Shown one piece after another: positions 31,501 to 43,720 of a stretch of 60,000 bases of DNA. A model generated the notes under the pieces. The model had not been told where the DNA came from and ran no database searches. It was given only the letters and a program-made list of their open reading frames with translations. Each line of letters begins with the position of its first letter. The first letter of the stretch is position 1. Made by a program: the position numbers and the translations under genes. Source of the stretch: Lytechinus pictus (lineage: Eukaryota); contig NC_087250.1 in NCBI RefSeq assembly GCF_037042905.1, positions 23,748,001 through 23,808,000 of the forward strand. Direction: 5' to 3'.

Positions 31501-33996
31501 TACCTTGTACGCCACATCAGGCAATATCATCCAGAGGCTAAACTGGACACTGTCAAATCAAAAGGAGCCATGAGTTCTCATAGTTCATATCAACAGCATC
31601 AAATATTTCCTAAGGAGGTAAAAAGCGAGGATGATCAGTCCGTAAGGACTTCAAATTCTGTCTGGAGTTGTAAGATCTGTTCAAAGACATTCTCAGGGAA
31701 GTATACTCTGGACATTCACATGAAACTCGGAAAACACAAAAGTAGTGCAACTCAGAGCAGTGTAAGTTCAAAGATGGGGGTGTGGCAAAGTCACAGGAGT
31801 GGACCTGAGGGTGTCCAGTTAAATGAATTCAGTTGCCCAAGATGCCCAAACACATATTCTTTAAAGGCCAGCCTCAAGAGGCACTTTGAAAAGAAACATC
31901 CAGGCAGCAATTGGGAAACTGTCTCCTCCTCAGTACTTTGGCATAAGTGCAGGACTTGTTCTCAATCCTTTTCAAACAGACTAAACCTCTGGAAACACAC
32001 CCTTCTGAAGCATCCTGAGCCGCATGTCTGCAGGATTTGTGAAAAAGAATTTGGTAGAAAGTCAGACCTCTCCAGACACATGCGTATTGGAAAGCATGTC
32101 AAACCTGACCAGCCAGGGAAAATGATGAAGGACTCTCCAGGATCAGAAAGGGAAAAGAGTTTCAAATGTAGAAGTTGTTCAACAGCATACAATACATACT
32201 CTGGATTGTATAAGCATACCAGAGCAAAGCATCCAGATATCAGGACACCAATTCTTAACCCATCTTCTACAGATTCAGTACACAGGTGCAAGGTATGTTC
32301 GAAGACATTCTCCAGGAAGTACGATGCGAATAGGCACTTCATCCTCAAGCACACACATGAACACATGAGACGAAAGCACCAGAAAAACAATATACCATCT
32401 GAATTCAAGTGTAGAAAATGTGATATAATATTTACTAAAAGATCTTACGTAATGAGGCATGTGAATCAACAGCACCCATTATCCGGAGAAGCTCCTCTCA
32501 ACTCAAACCTGTCTCAGTATCAACCCTACAATTGTCCCCTGTGTCCCTGCGTGTACACCAAAAAATGTAATTTGTTGCAGCATATGACTTTCAAACATCC
32601 AATGAACCAATGTAAGACGTGTCTGAAGTTCTTTCCATCCGTACGTTCCTTGAGGGCACATGTTAAGAACAGGCATCCAGAGGTACCCAGCCAAGAAACC
32701 AGTCAATCCATGAAGAAGATGGATCAGAAATACCAGATTCAAAGAAAGAAGTCCAGTCAAGCTCAAGAGACGCGGCCCTTGGATGCTTCATCAGAGGTTT
32801 ACCAATGTCCTCAATGCCCGAAGAAGTTCACTTCTGGATTTAGTTTGACGACACATATTAAGTTGGGAAAGCATAGTGGGTCCAAGAATCAGAGGGAACA
32901 TGAGGACTCAAATTCCCAAGAAGGGAGTCTCCAGACGCCCTTTTTCCACTGTGAAAAGTGCCCTAGACTATTTGCAAGGAAATGTGAACTAACTGTGCAT
33001 TTGAAAACTTGCCATCGGGCAGAGGGCCAAGTACATACATATTTTCAGTGTCCCAAGTGCCCAATTTCATTTGCGTCTATGTGGAAGTTACGAGAGCACA
33101 TGAATCGCGAACATCGGAGCCTGACTGGTATCACACAAGCCAATGTGGAAATGTCCACTGCTGGCAAATGTCCTCGATGTTCCAAGTCATTCCTGAGGCA
33201 GGAGGACTACTCAAAACATGTTAGTAAGTGTAAGCAACTGTGTCAGAGCAGGTCTGGTTCAGCTGAGAATTCCTCAGATTCAATATTGTTCAGGTGCAGG
33301 GAGTGCACAAGGTCCTTCAGGAACAAAAGCTCTCTTGAAAAGCACATGGACTCTGAACATTTGCAAAGCGAGAGTCCAGATGCAACAGACCAAGAAGCAT
33401 CAGAGCTCGAGGCAGCGTCTGACGAAGCAGGTACAGACTCTGATGCTGGTTCCACGCATGGCAACGCAGAACATACATCTGCCCAATCATCATCGGATGA
33501 AGGAAGCTACTCGAGAACTGAATGGAAATGCTCCGAATGTGGCAAAGAGTTTGCAAGCAGGCCCGACCTAAGGAGACACGAGGACACCCATGTCTTTATG
33601 TGTTTTTATTGCAACCGATTCTTTACAAACCGCAAGAGCTTGGACGAACATGACTGTCCGCGTGAATCTCCGCAAAAGGAACGTGACTCTCCGAAGCGCA
33701 GTGTATCCCCACGAGGTGATTCACATCGCTCAAAACCAAAGAAGGCTTGTCACAATTGTGGGCTTTGCGATAAATCCTTTTCGAGCATCAAAGAACTTGA
33801 GGCGCATCAAGAAACGCATACTCTTGATGATGAGGATCAGGGCGCTCTACCCACTAGCAATACCAGTACAGAGAAACCAAAGGAGTCAGAGAGTGCTTCA
33901 GCGATACCAGAACTTTTCCTTACCTGTAGGGTCTGCTTCAAAGTGTTCACATCACTAGAAGCAGTTCATAATCATGAGCGGTCACATTTTTCATGA
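28579..33996 (+). CDS. Large multi-C2H2 zinc-finger protein (~37 fingers, 1805 aa)
   Basis: Uninterrupted ORF with ~37 CxxC...H motifs; pyrimidine tract and TTCAG acceptor at 28551-28555 just upstream; N-terminal IKQEP and VKTE SUMO-type motifs; upstream exons not identified. Confidence 0.93.
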   Translation: MDRFIKQEPVYQEEGHNEGGSGSLSLFPTIVKTEDGTPTSEASLDGPGLPADPESSRSLEESAILNAKTSRLEDEEPEEGLSDEGIGRSPAASESVVQSTSEEEAGMSSTNAMDPRKNLLLNSLEKPLFECKVCGMVFTQELHHSRHMRKHMFVCRFCSQEFPSDLALLKHEEMHEEGKEYVCEECNIVFGSRDSLETHFAEHVYACTHCPKTFTNELALSNHEEGHGGSDVTCEDCGKIFTRLSNLKVHQNKHCIGNKTVDIQSKALLDSNNDKKALNSSFGKSKPNLAAGKFIGFERDRDMYFHCSECPKAFGNEADFIQHQLVHQVDGSLISPDTSTNAFECKDCAKSYPTIEALQSHFLKHKYPCDLCDRTFTNIKKFKVHRNSHNLIFRCPHCKREYKKQHYLRAHILKEHNGGLKDEAPETGISSTKAPPRVPSDDKEELCEQSKSNRLLQHTEKPAPQPSTRDRQDSIDFRKHCERVPSDDKEELCEQSKSHRLLQHAEKPAPQPSTRDRQDSIDFRKHCEMSKSRPYRKEYKPCKPQDSTAERPSIYTCRICQKSFWRKCDLTMHMKRGKHPMLSKCTEEFQCNVCSKKFARESDLCRHTKLKHQVLVKETEFALTGKKSRSKRVRCSSCPKVYESMSSLRRHIKKGKHLVASVKAFDAKNDSVAGVPPKPFRCTKCPKAYGKNHHLTEHLKRCHLSEWKRRQSIKRLTLKKKSNALEEVKFKELTCRICAKSFPRMCDLTRHINCKHPSHEDISGKKIPTPGHHDHSRLGDHTKLMEDKPSDKTSTDFPCKFCSKVFLRMCDLTQHMNRKHPSHKVISGRKIPKPGHHDHSRLGDHAKLMEDKKPSDETSTDFPCKFCSKVFVLKRNLSRHMALIHPRLFKCTKCLKAYVRRMHLREHIRLKHPAEWSRRQSLQLPHSDLRLSCKVCSKIFSSKYALTIHTKLGKHDNNSVIRCSICSRIFKQKRYLVRHIRQYHPEAKLDTVKSKGAMSSHSSYQQHQIFPKEVKSEDDQSVRTSNSVWSCKICSKTFSGKYTLDIHMKLGKHKSSATQSSVSSKMGVWQSHRSGPEGVQLNEFSCPRCPNTYSLKASLKRHFEKKHPGSNWETVSSSVLWHKCRTCSQSFSNRLNLWKHTLLKHPEPHVCRICEKEFGRKSDLSRHMRIGKHVKPDQPGKMMKDSPGSEREKSFKCRSCSTAYNTYSGLYKHTRAKHPDIRTPILNPSSTDSVHRCKVCSKTFSRKYDANRHFILKHTHEHMRRKHQKNNIPSEFKCRKCDIIFTKRSYVMRHVNQQHPLSGEAPLNSNLSQYQPYNCPLCPCVYTKKCNLLQHMTFKHPMNQCKTCLKFFPSVRSLRAHVKNRHPEVPSQETSQSMKKMDQKYQIQRKKSSQAQETRPLDASSEVYQCPQCPKKFTSGFSLTTHIKLGKHSGSKNQREHEDSNSQEGSLQTPFFHCEKCPRLFARKCELTVHLKTCHRAEGQVHTYFQCPKCPISFASMWKLREHMNREHRSLTGITQANVEMSTAGKCPRCSKSFLRQEDYSKHVSKCKQLCQSRSGSAENSSDSILFRCRECTRSFRNKSSLEKHMDSEHLQSESPDATDQEASELEAASDEAGTDSDAGSTHGNAEHTSAQSSSDEGSYSRTEWKCSECGKEFASRPDLRRHEDTHVFMCFYCNRFFTNRKSLDEHDCPRESPQKERDSPKRSVSPRGDSHRSKPKKACHNCGLCDKSFSSIKELEAHQETHTLDDEDQGALPTSNTSTEKPKESESASAIPELFLTCRVCFKVFTSLEAVHNHERSHFS

Positions 33997-34513
33997 AAAA
34001 AATCTTCAAATATCAAAGGTTGCAGGATAACCGATGTCATTTATAATTTAACTATTTTTTTATTTTGCACACTACTCCCCGTTTGTATTTATGCTTTTCC
34101 CCCAATATGCATTTTTAATTGATTGAATGCCCCTTTAAAACAGGAAAGTACAAATGCATTTTAGTTGCTTAGATATAATACATTTCAATCTGCATCAATC
34201 GCATAATCTTCTTAATCTGAGCTATATATGTATATTTACAACTTTGAAATCCAATTTCACGTGTCATTGGTGGTCTATCCAACCCTGCACAAGAGTTCTT
34301 GTGAAAGGTATTGCATCATATTTATTACTCTCCATACTATTCCCCAATTGTTTTTATGTATGCTTCCCCCCTTGCTTATTTTGATGATTGAGTTTCCCTC
34401 GAAAATGGAAGTTCAGCTACAATTTTAGTTTCTTCCCAGACAAAATTCATTTCAATCTGCATTAGTCGCATAATTATCCCAAGTCAGAGCTTTCTTCAAG
34501 ACAAAAAAATCAT

Positions 34514-35691
34514 GGGGGGCCAGTCAAATATATTGCTGTACACACGCGTGACCAAAAAAACATGTTTAAAGGGGTGTTTTTCAGTTTTGGATGCCTGCCG
34601 CACGTGCACTCGTTAACCCTATCTAGGCCGGGGGGGGGGGGGGGGGGGGCCTCCGAGGCCCCCCCCCTCAATGAGTCGCGCGATATTTTCGCCGCGCAAA
34701 TTTTTTTGACCGCGCTGCTCGCTGAATTTTTACTTTCAAGTCTTGCGCAACTTTTGAGACCAATTTTGTGTCACCCGGGTACGCGGTTTCGAAATTACGC
34801 AACGTTATGTAAGTGCATGTCAGACCAAAAATTGCTCAAAAACGGGATTTCGTGTACAAAGTCAATGTAAATTGTGTTTTCAACCAAAAATCATAAATGT
34901 ATGATTATTTTTAGTTTTGCTGGTCTAAATGTATGTATTTTATGCTGTTTATGATCTTAGAAGAGTCCCCAATGAATTTCATTGAAAAAACAATGAAAAA
35001 CAAAGGGTCCAAAAAACAAAGAAATACATAAGAAATTGCAAAAAACAGTATAATACATGAGAAATTGATCTGATATCACAATTGTTTTCATGTAAACTTG
35101 CTAAGAACACCACACAGAGTTTCTTTGCCAAAAATTAGAACATTTGGAGCTTTATTTATGGAGTTAGAGGAAAAAGTATGATTTCGAATACTAATTACGC
35201 ATAAATTAGCATAATTACTTCATAACAATTCGCATGAAATAAATTACTATACAATTTTGTAGATTATATCCAAGACAACCTGCGTGCCAATTTTCGGCGC
35301 GGTCGACGGCTGAGATCTCAAGGGGGGGCCTGGGAGGCCCCCCCCCCCCGGCCATATGAACTCCCAAAATACCATTTGCACAAAAAGGGTAGTTTTGAAA
35401 GACTGGTCAAGTGGTCAATCGCATGGTAAAACGTATTTGGGGTATGTTTTTTTCCAAAGCTTTTTTTTTAAAGACTAGCCAAATGTGTTTAGGGTATGTT
35501 TTTTTTCCCCAAGCTTTTTCCCTGGGGTCATATTCTTGCAACAACTTATTTAGGGGCCAAAATGTGTAAATAAACCCGCGAAAAAATTGTTTAGGGGGTT
35601 ATTTTGCACAACAAGAAAAACTTGTTTAGGGGGTGTTTGGAAATAATTTGGCCACGCGTGTGTACAGTAATACATTTGACTGCCCCCCCCC
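34514..35691. mobile_element. Non-autonomous DNA element with ~40-bp TIR, carrying a nested piggyBac-like MITE
   Basis: GGGGGGCCAGTCAAATATATTGCTGTACACACGCGTG at left, inverse at ~35651-35691; nested TTAA-CCCTATCTAGGCCGGGG element from 34617. Confidence 0.65.
34617..35372. mobile_element. piggyBac-like MITE (right end truncated)
   Basis: TTAA+CCCT terminus; related copies at ~48590-48920 and ~54803-55335. Confidence 0.65.
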
Positions 35692-35807
35692 AAGTCAAAC
35701 AGATTTGGCGTTGGCATCTTCACCTGGAGCACCAAACATTTTTTTTTTTACAAAACCCAGCATACTTTACAAAGATATAATGTGATCTTTACATGTTTTG
35801 AAGGTTT

Positions 35808-36925
35808 AAGGGGAAGTTCGCCCTGACAAAAAGTTTATTGTAAAAAATTATTTTAAAAATGCTGCTGAAGTATTGAGGAAAGGCCATCAAGGATTAAAAA
35901 AGTTTAGAATTTTAATTTTTGAATTGCGACTTCATATGCAAGAAGCTCTCCCACATATCGTATGGTAACAAATATTATGAAATGTCATTTTTTCTCAGAA
36001 AATTGAAAATGTTTTTTTTTTTTCGTACCTTCAGTACCGGTATATCAATTGACAAATCATTTCACACCTGGTGGGTGTTTCATAAAGCTGTTCGTAAGTT
36101 AAGAGTGACTTTAAGAATGACTGGTAATCCTTTCTCGTGGTAAATGGTAGGTCCTATATTCATTGGCGATGGTTTAGCGTGTAAGAGAGGATCACCAGGC
36201 GTTCTTACAGTCGCTCTTAACTTACGAACAGCTTTATGAAACGGCCCCCTGCTCTTGAAAAAAAAAAAAACAAACATTAATATTTAGAAATTTACGCATT
36301 TTATTCAACATAAACATATGTGGCGTCACAAATTCAAAATCTTAATTTCTAATAACTTAATCTTTGATTGATATTCCTCAAACCTTCACCAATATTCATT
36401 ATTTTTTTCTTGTATTTTACACCAATCTTTTTGTCAGTGTGTTCTTCCCATATGTTAGCCTGAAATGATAAAACATTGTTTAAAAGAAAATGAAACCTTC
36501 GAAACATGATAGCTTGTGTGAAAACAGAAAAATCAGAAAAACAGATCAATGAAAGTTTGAGAAAAATTGAATAAAAATAAGAAAGTTATGAGCATTTGAA
36601 GTTTAGATCATTATTGTAATGCAGATCCTCCAGTTGGCAATGCGACAAAGATGTGAGATGTCACATGTGAACAAGAATACAATATGGATAAAGAGTTTGT
36701 ATCACCATATTAAGAAAGAGCAAAAAGAGACATTTGGGGGGATATTTTATAGTCCATCACAAGGAAAGTTGTTCACATGTGATATCACACATCCTTGTCA
36801 CATTGCCAATGGGAGGATCTCCATAGCATTAGTGATCGCAATATTCAAATGCTCATAACTTTCTCATTATTTGTCAGATTTTTCTCAGAATTTCTTTGAT
36901 TTTTCTCTTTACACACAAGCTTTTA
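35808..36925. mobile_element. Cluster of diverged Kolobok/T2-like MITEs with a nested small palindromic MITE (~36072-36250)
   Basis: TTAAGGGGAAGTTCGCCCTGACAAAAAG with inverse near 36430-36450; 36480-36925 similar to family B; inner TIR TTTCATAAAGCTGTTCGTAAGTTAAGAG. Confidence 0.55.
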
Positions 36926-37070
36926 AAGTAGAATGTATTCAGGCTTCACAACATTCTGATTCAGGAGGAAAAAAAAATTGCATGGGGCTTATTTGATAAA
37001 ACTCTACGATGTCTTCGTTCAGTCATTCCCGTATTTAGAACTTTTTTTTCTAAATATTTCATGAAAATCA

Positions 37071-37340
37071 GGGCCCCGTCTTACAAAGAGTTACCATTGA
37101 TCCAATCAATCGTAACTCTATGGAAATCCATCAGTGTCATAATTTTTTTCTATAGGAGGTTGGCTCAATGTCCTTTTAAACAAAGAGAAGCACTGAATTT
37201 TCAAGAAAACAATGAATGCATGAATATACATCCTAGTTAGAAAATATTTTGAACAAACATTCATAATAGATGTTGACATTGCTGGCCGTCCATAGTTACG
37301 ATTGATTGGATCAATCGTAACTCTTTGTAAGACAGGGCCC
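37071..37340. mobile_element. Small palindromic MITE
   Basis: TIR GGGCCC..TCTTACAAAGAGTTAC; second copy in opposite orientation at ~46053-46320. Confidence 0.7.
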
Positions 37341-38765
37341 AGATCTTAAAAATGTGTGATTTGAATAATCAGTGTGTTCCCATGAAGAGGGTAATTTCAT
37401 ATTTTTTAAATGGGGGCATTTCCCTCTCTGACAATTCTGTATTAAATCTTGTATTAGATGCCATTTTCATTTGATGATGATTACTATTCCATACATTTTA
37501 TCTGTATTGACAGTGTATACTATTCATCTTTTATAACCGATATTCTCATGGCACTAAAAGAGAGTTCATAGTTTATTGTGAGTTTGTGACCTTCAAGAAT
37601 TTGATGATTTCTCATTAAGAACTAATTGTTGCCTTTTTTTTTCAAATTTAATCACATTTAACTCCTTATAAATACAATTCTTGTTCCATATACATATATT
37701 TAAATAGTTCATATTATTATGTGCAAAATCAGTTGATTTTTATTGTGCCATAGGAAATGCTCATGTTTTGCTCTCTAAAAAGCAAAGGCAATAATTGATT
37801 ATAATTGTTTTCTGATAAATTTTATGAATCTTTTCTTATTGTACTAATGATACTATTCTAATGATGTTACATTAAGCATTTATAGCCATGTTTTAGTTGC
37901 ATTATTATGATTTTTTATTTTCATTCAACCATGTATTACCGAGGTTGAATATAATTGTATTACGAATGTAAATAATCGCAATATTTGCATAGCACTAGGA
38001 CCCATTTTGAATTCAGCAGGTAATTGTCTTCGAAGGAGAAAGCAGTATGAGATTTTTGATAATTCTCCCTAACCCAAAATATGGGGTATTTGACTGAAGG
38101 GCGTCTATGAATTGCGACCTCTGCATTGCCGGGCCTGAATGGAGGCAAAAGTCTAGCTTATTGTGCGCCTGTCTTTTCTTTCCCAGAGAAATGGGGCATG
38201 TTCGCAGATATCTTGACGAGAATTATAGAGAGAACCATACAATTAGGAGGTTAATATATGCAACCATCCCGCACCCCCCCAAAAAAAAACAGAAAGAAGG
38301 AAGGATTATTTTACAAGGTTATTCTCTAAACAACAGGAAAAAAACATGAAATAAGTTATGATTTGATGGAATATTTTTTGCAAAGTTGAAACTCTCCAAT
38401 TCTGCTGATGATATCAGTTGTGCTCATAAGTTAGTGAATCCCATCACAAAATGCACTTCTTCATATTGAGTGTTGAATGGAGACAACAAAACTACAATGT
38501 TCGGCGAACCCTGGGAAGCAAACTTTATTGAATGTAATACATTATCACCCGGCTTCGCAATTAAAATATCTAAAAACATATGCCAGAACTTTTTAAACAC
38601 TTTAAATATAATATGTTCACTTTCTGGTGAGGTTCACCAACTTTTGAGCACTTGTAATTGTAGGCCTTATGATATGGGCATAATATCAGAATTGATTTCA
38701 TGCATGTTCGGTTGGATTTGTCCATGTTTGTATGGGAATTGGCTTTGATGCTAGAGTGCCACCAG

Positions 38766-38920
38766 GGGCCCATTTCATAAAGGACTTGCAACATTTGTTA
38801 CTTTGTCATGGCAACTACCATGGTAACAGGGCTCAGCAGCCAATCATAATCAAGGTTTCAATGGTAGTTGCCATAATGGCAAAGTTACAACAGTTGCAAG
38901 TCCATTTTGAAACGGGCACC
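38766..38920. mobile_element. Small palindromic MITE
   Basis: GGGGCCCATTTCATAAAGGACTTGCAAC ... GTTGCAAGTCCATTTTGAAACGGGCACC. Confidence 0.6.
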
Positions 38921-40560
38921 AGGACATTTTAAATGGGAGTGGGGGGGAGCAAGACTACCCAAAGGAGATGTCATATTATTTCTCAGTTGAATTATAGGGG
39001 TATTACATGGGCCCCAACCTCTCTGTGTACTCTTCATTCTGCCCTATCTCTCCCTTTGATCATTTATCTCTTTGTTCTCCACTTCTTGAAAAAAACTGTA
39101 TGGGGGGGGGGGGGCTTTGCCAAAAATTTCTTAACTTTGTTCTTTGTAGCCCATTTTATATTGCAGATTGTATTTACTTATTAGTCGGAATTCATCCAAC
39201 TCAGACTGCTCACTTTTCCAGAGACTCGATTTAGCAGACAAATAATGATTGACCTTCAGGTATGAATGTATGGAATGTGAAATATACAATGTGATGTTTA
39301 TTAAGACAGTACTGTGCAGTATGATCTTGTTTCTGTGAAACTATAGCTGTGTTCTACAATCTGTTTCATAAATGCAACCACTCACCTTCCGACTTGTCTA
39401 CGATCTGTTTTTAGAACAAGTCGCATTTTTTCCTGTTTATATATGAATGAATAGATTTTTTTTAAACTTGAGGTTCGAAATAACTGCAAGAATACTAATG
39501 TCGTGAATTTTGATAATTGCAAGCTTCATTTCTTTTTAGTAAAAGCCAAAGTGTATTAATATCGTAGTCGATCAGTGATTGTTATGACATTATCATAATT
39601 TATGATTAGTCTTAGAATTGAAATGTATACCGGTATGTACAATGATATAAAACTTGGTATAGTGAGATGTTTCTTGTCTCGATATTAGCATCAATTGTTA
39701 CTAAAATTTAGAACAATTATTGGGGCTAAAGGGGCATTGAACTCCGAGGAGCTTTAGTATTAAAGTGATTTTATACAAAGTCAATCCTCGTGAGGTAGCG
39801 AGTTTCATGTTTATTGTGGTCAAGTGATGTTGGTCTTCCTAGTTAATGTGAAAACTATATAATCACCTATGTGTTTCAGAATGTGAGACCCGTGGCAGAT
39901 CCAGGCGGGGGCGTGAGGGGTGCATGCCCCCTCTAAATTTTGAGGATTATTTATTGAACATAAATATTAACCTGTTGAATACTGAATTATGAGATTCCCA
40001 TAGGATTTGTACAGGGACCATCTGGTTCCAGTAGGCAATGGGTTAATAAAGCTAAATCTATATTGTCATCTGCGCCCTGTTTTCCCAAATTTCCTTTTTA
40101 CGCCCCTTCTCTTTCAAAATTCTGGATCTGCCTCTGTGGGACTGTCAATGTATTACAACTACTGGAACCATTATGGATTATGATTATCTTGTATATTCAA
40201 GTATTTGCTTCGCAATAAACAAAATGAGCATTCAGTCAAAATGGAAATGATATTTGTTGTTGAACTTGAATTGCTGTAGACCTACTTTGCCGTACAAGCT
40301 ATCCCATAATACTGGCAACAATTTTCTCTCGAGTGATAGGCCAGGTTTTTAAAATCTAAGTTAGGAGAATATTTTATAATTTTACTTTATCTGTAATTTT
40401 TTTATAGAATGCTGAAAAGCAGTGTGGATGTCTTCCTGCTGTACGTTAGCAATATATAACGTATGCATTCCAAATGTGGACTCCATTAACTAGATGTCGT
40501 GATTCAAATCATTTTATAACTGGCCTATCATTTGGTAATATTGGGGGCTCCGTTGCTTAA

Positions 40561-41164
40561 AGGAAAAGTCCACCCCAACCATTAGTTGATTTGAATAAAT
40601 AGAGAAAAATCCAACCAGCATAACACTGAAAATTTCATCAAAATCGGATGTAAAATAAGAAAGTTATGACAGTTTAAAGTTTTGCTTAATTTCACAAAAC
40701 AGTTATATGTACATCCTGGTCGGTATGCAAATGAGGAGACTGATGACGTCATCCACTCACTATTTCTTTTGTATTTCATTATATGAAATATAAAATATTC
40801 TAATTTTCTCATCATTGTCAAGTTAAACAAAGATTAATTCCTCCCTGAACACGTGGAATTAGCATTGTTTTAATACTATATGGTTCAGTAAAGTCAGTCT
40901 CTATGGTCAAATCTGTAAAAAATGAAATATTGTATAATTCAAACAATAAAAAACAAAAGAAATAGTGAGTGATGGACCTCATCGACTGTCTCATTTGCAT
41001 GTCACTGAGATGTGCATATAATTGTTTTGTGAAAAATAAGCGAAACTTTAAAATGTCATAACTTTCTTATTTTATATCCGATTTTGATGAAATTTTTAGC
41101 GTTTTGCTCGTTGGATTTTTCTCTTTTTATTCAAATCATCATTTTTCTGGGGTGGACTTGACCT
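40561..41164. mobile_element. Kolobok/T2-like MITE (family A)
   Basis: TTAA TSDs at 40557-40560 and 41165-41168; TIR as at 13165. Confidence 0.88.
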
Positions 41165-41191
41165 TTAAAAGTTACCAGTATGGTAACTTAA

Positions 41192-41707
41192 AGGACAAGT
41201 CCACCCAGCAAAAAGTTGTTTTGAATAAAAAGAGAAAAATCAAACCAGCATAACGCTGAAAATTTCATCAGAATCGGATGTTAAATAAGAGAGTTGTGAT
41301 ATTTTAAAGTTTCGCCTAATTTCACAAAACAGTTATATTCACATCTTGGTCTGATTTTCTCATTGTCACTTGAAACAATGTTTAATTCCTGGCTGAACAT
41401 GTCGAATTAGCATTGTGTAATAATATATGGTTCAGTCAAATTGGTTCTTATTGTCAAATCTATAAAAAAGGAAATATTGTATAATTCAAACAATAACAAA
41501 CAAAAGAAATAGTGAGTGATGGACATCATCAACTGACTCATTTGCATGATACTGAATTGTGCATATCACTGTTTTGTGAAAAATAAGCAAAACTTTAAAA
41601 TGCCATTTCTTATTTTACATCCAATTTTGATGAAATTTCAGCGTTATGTGAGTTTTATTTTTCTCTATTTATTTAATTCATCATTTCTCAGGGGGTGGAC
41701 TTGACCT
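41192..41707. mobile_element. Kolobok/T2-like MITE (family A, internal deletion)
   Basis: TTAA TSDs at 41188-41191 and 41708-41711. Confidence 0.88.
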
Positions 41708-41974
41708 TTAACAACCAATGATAACTTGATTTTGATTGGTTGGTGATCAGCGTTACCATGGTAGTTAACATTGGATGGCCCGCAAATTTACCATATTAGT
41801 AACTTATATGCAACGGGGTCCAGGTTCAAAGATATAATTAGTTGGTGCTATTTAAGTCCTGGAAATTAAGCCAGCATATGGAAAGCCATATTTCTTGATA
41901 TCGAGAAATCAAATCCTCAATTGCAAGAATTACAAAAGATAAAACGGTTTACTATACATGCATTGGTAAATACT

Positions 41975-42645
41975 GGCCCGTATTCTAAAGTCGGGTTTAA
42001 CTTGGGTCACGGTCTAACTCGGCTAAAGTAATGTCAAAGCCAATAGAAATGTCAAAATTGTTCTTACATTGTATGTTTTTTATGTTTACTTTGCTCTTTC
42101 CTTACTCATGAATTTTGAAGAAAGCTATCATATTTATCCTTCTGGAACAGTTAAGAATGATTCGAGAGAAAAACGAGCTGATGCATTGAAATAATACTGC
42201 TAGAGATTTATGCCACTATTGGCTATCCATAGTTAAACCATAACTTTAAACCAGAGTTTAAAGGTAAATGCCAGTTGTGGTAACGATATCAAAATGAGTT
42301 CGTACAGAATTTTATGAAATGACCACCAAAGTGTCTGTTTGTATAAATAAAAAATATGTGCCAAAGGATTCTGGAAGAAATTGTCAAGCGTCGGGCCGAC
42401 ATTCAAAGCAATAATAATACACTGTCCCACGTGCACTTATCTGTGTTGGTGATCTTCAGTGTGAACATTTTTCTGCGTAGATTTCAAGATTTCAGTAAGT
42501 TCAGTTTATGTAACTGTACTAGATCTAGATCCTCGATGATATACTGACAATTAAGCCTGGTTTTACAGACTTTCTTATGAAATCAGTGTTTACTGCAACT
42601 ACTGGCATTTCTCTTTAAATTGAACCCGACTTCAGAATACGGGCC
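41975..42645. mobile_element. MITE with nested TTAA-targeting MITE (42262-42614)
   Basis: Outer TIR GGCCCGTATTCT.AAGTCGGGTT; uninterrupted copy at ~49346-49652; inner TIR AGGTAAATGCCAGT with TTAA flanks. Confidence 0.75.
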
Positions 42646-43039
42646 ACTCAGTATATTCAGTTCTAACATGAAGCTTAGCGATTAATCATGGAGCTTAATT
42701 TCTACATTGGATCAATAATCAATGCACAATAAATAATGGAATCAATCATAGAAATCATCCCGTGAACATTCACTATCCCCTGGGCCAGGGGCGGATCCAG
42801 GATTTTCCAAAATGGGGGGGGGGGGGCACATTTTTTGGAGGAAAATTTTGAAGAGCAAAAAACAAAAGGTTTTTAACCAAAAATTTAGGATATTTCGAAC
42901 CTGAAAAAATTTGACAAGCAAAAGAAAAAAACTTTCAAAAGAGGGGACACACAATGGCATTTTTACATTACAAATTTTAATTCTCAAAAAGGGGTAGCAC
43001 GGGCCGGCTGTGTCCCCCCCCCCTGGATCCGCCAGTGCC

Positions 43040-43720
43040 CTGTGCAGTGTTCATATGGGTGATATGATAGTTAAATTGCCAATCTGTCCCCTGCCAACTC
43101 GTCCATTCACCACATGGTCTACTTTCATTTAGTCTAATGCCATCCCGTCCAACATTTCGTCTAACAACCAGTTGGTCTAATATCAATCTTATTTTCATTC
43201 ATTTCGCCCAATTAACACTTGGTCCAAGTAGACCAAATGGTATATGGACAAAATGGCTATTGGACCAACTGGTTATTAGACAGAATGGCATTTCCAGAAA
43301 GTAGACCATGTGGTGAGTGGACGAACTGATGATAGACCAAATGATAGTAGACGAGTTGGCAATTAGACGAATTGAAAATAAACCATTCACAACATGATCA
43401 ACCACTATCATATGGTTTAGATCATGTTGCGAATGGTTATGATGTGTTCATATGGGTGATTCGATAGTGGTTGATCATGTTGTGAATGGTTATGATGTGT
43501 TCACCTATTGGTGATATAAATAGTGGTTGATTGTGTTGTGAATGGTTATGCTGTCTTCACATGGTGATTTGGTAGTGGTTGATCGTGTTGTGAATGGTTA
43601 AGTGTTCACATTGTGATTTGATAGTGATTGTGTTGTGAATGGTTATGTGTTCACATGGGTGATATGAATAGTAGTTGATTGTGTTGTGGATGGTTATGCC
43701 GTGTTCACATGGGTGATCGA
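43040..43720. repeat. Degenerate ~58-bp tandem repeat interrupted by a MITE (~43075-43384)
   Basis: Recurrent TGTTGTGAATGGTTATG..GTGTTCACATGGGTGAT units; one inverted unit at ~43381-43410. Confidence 0.65.
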
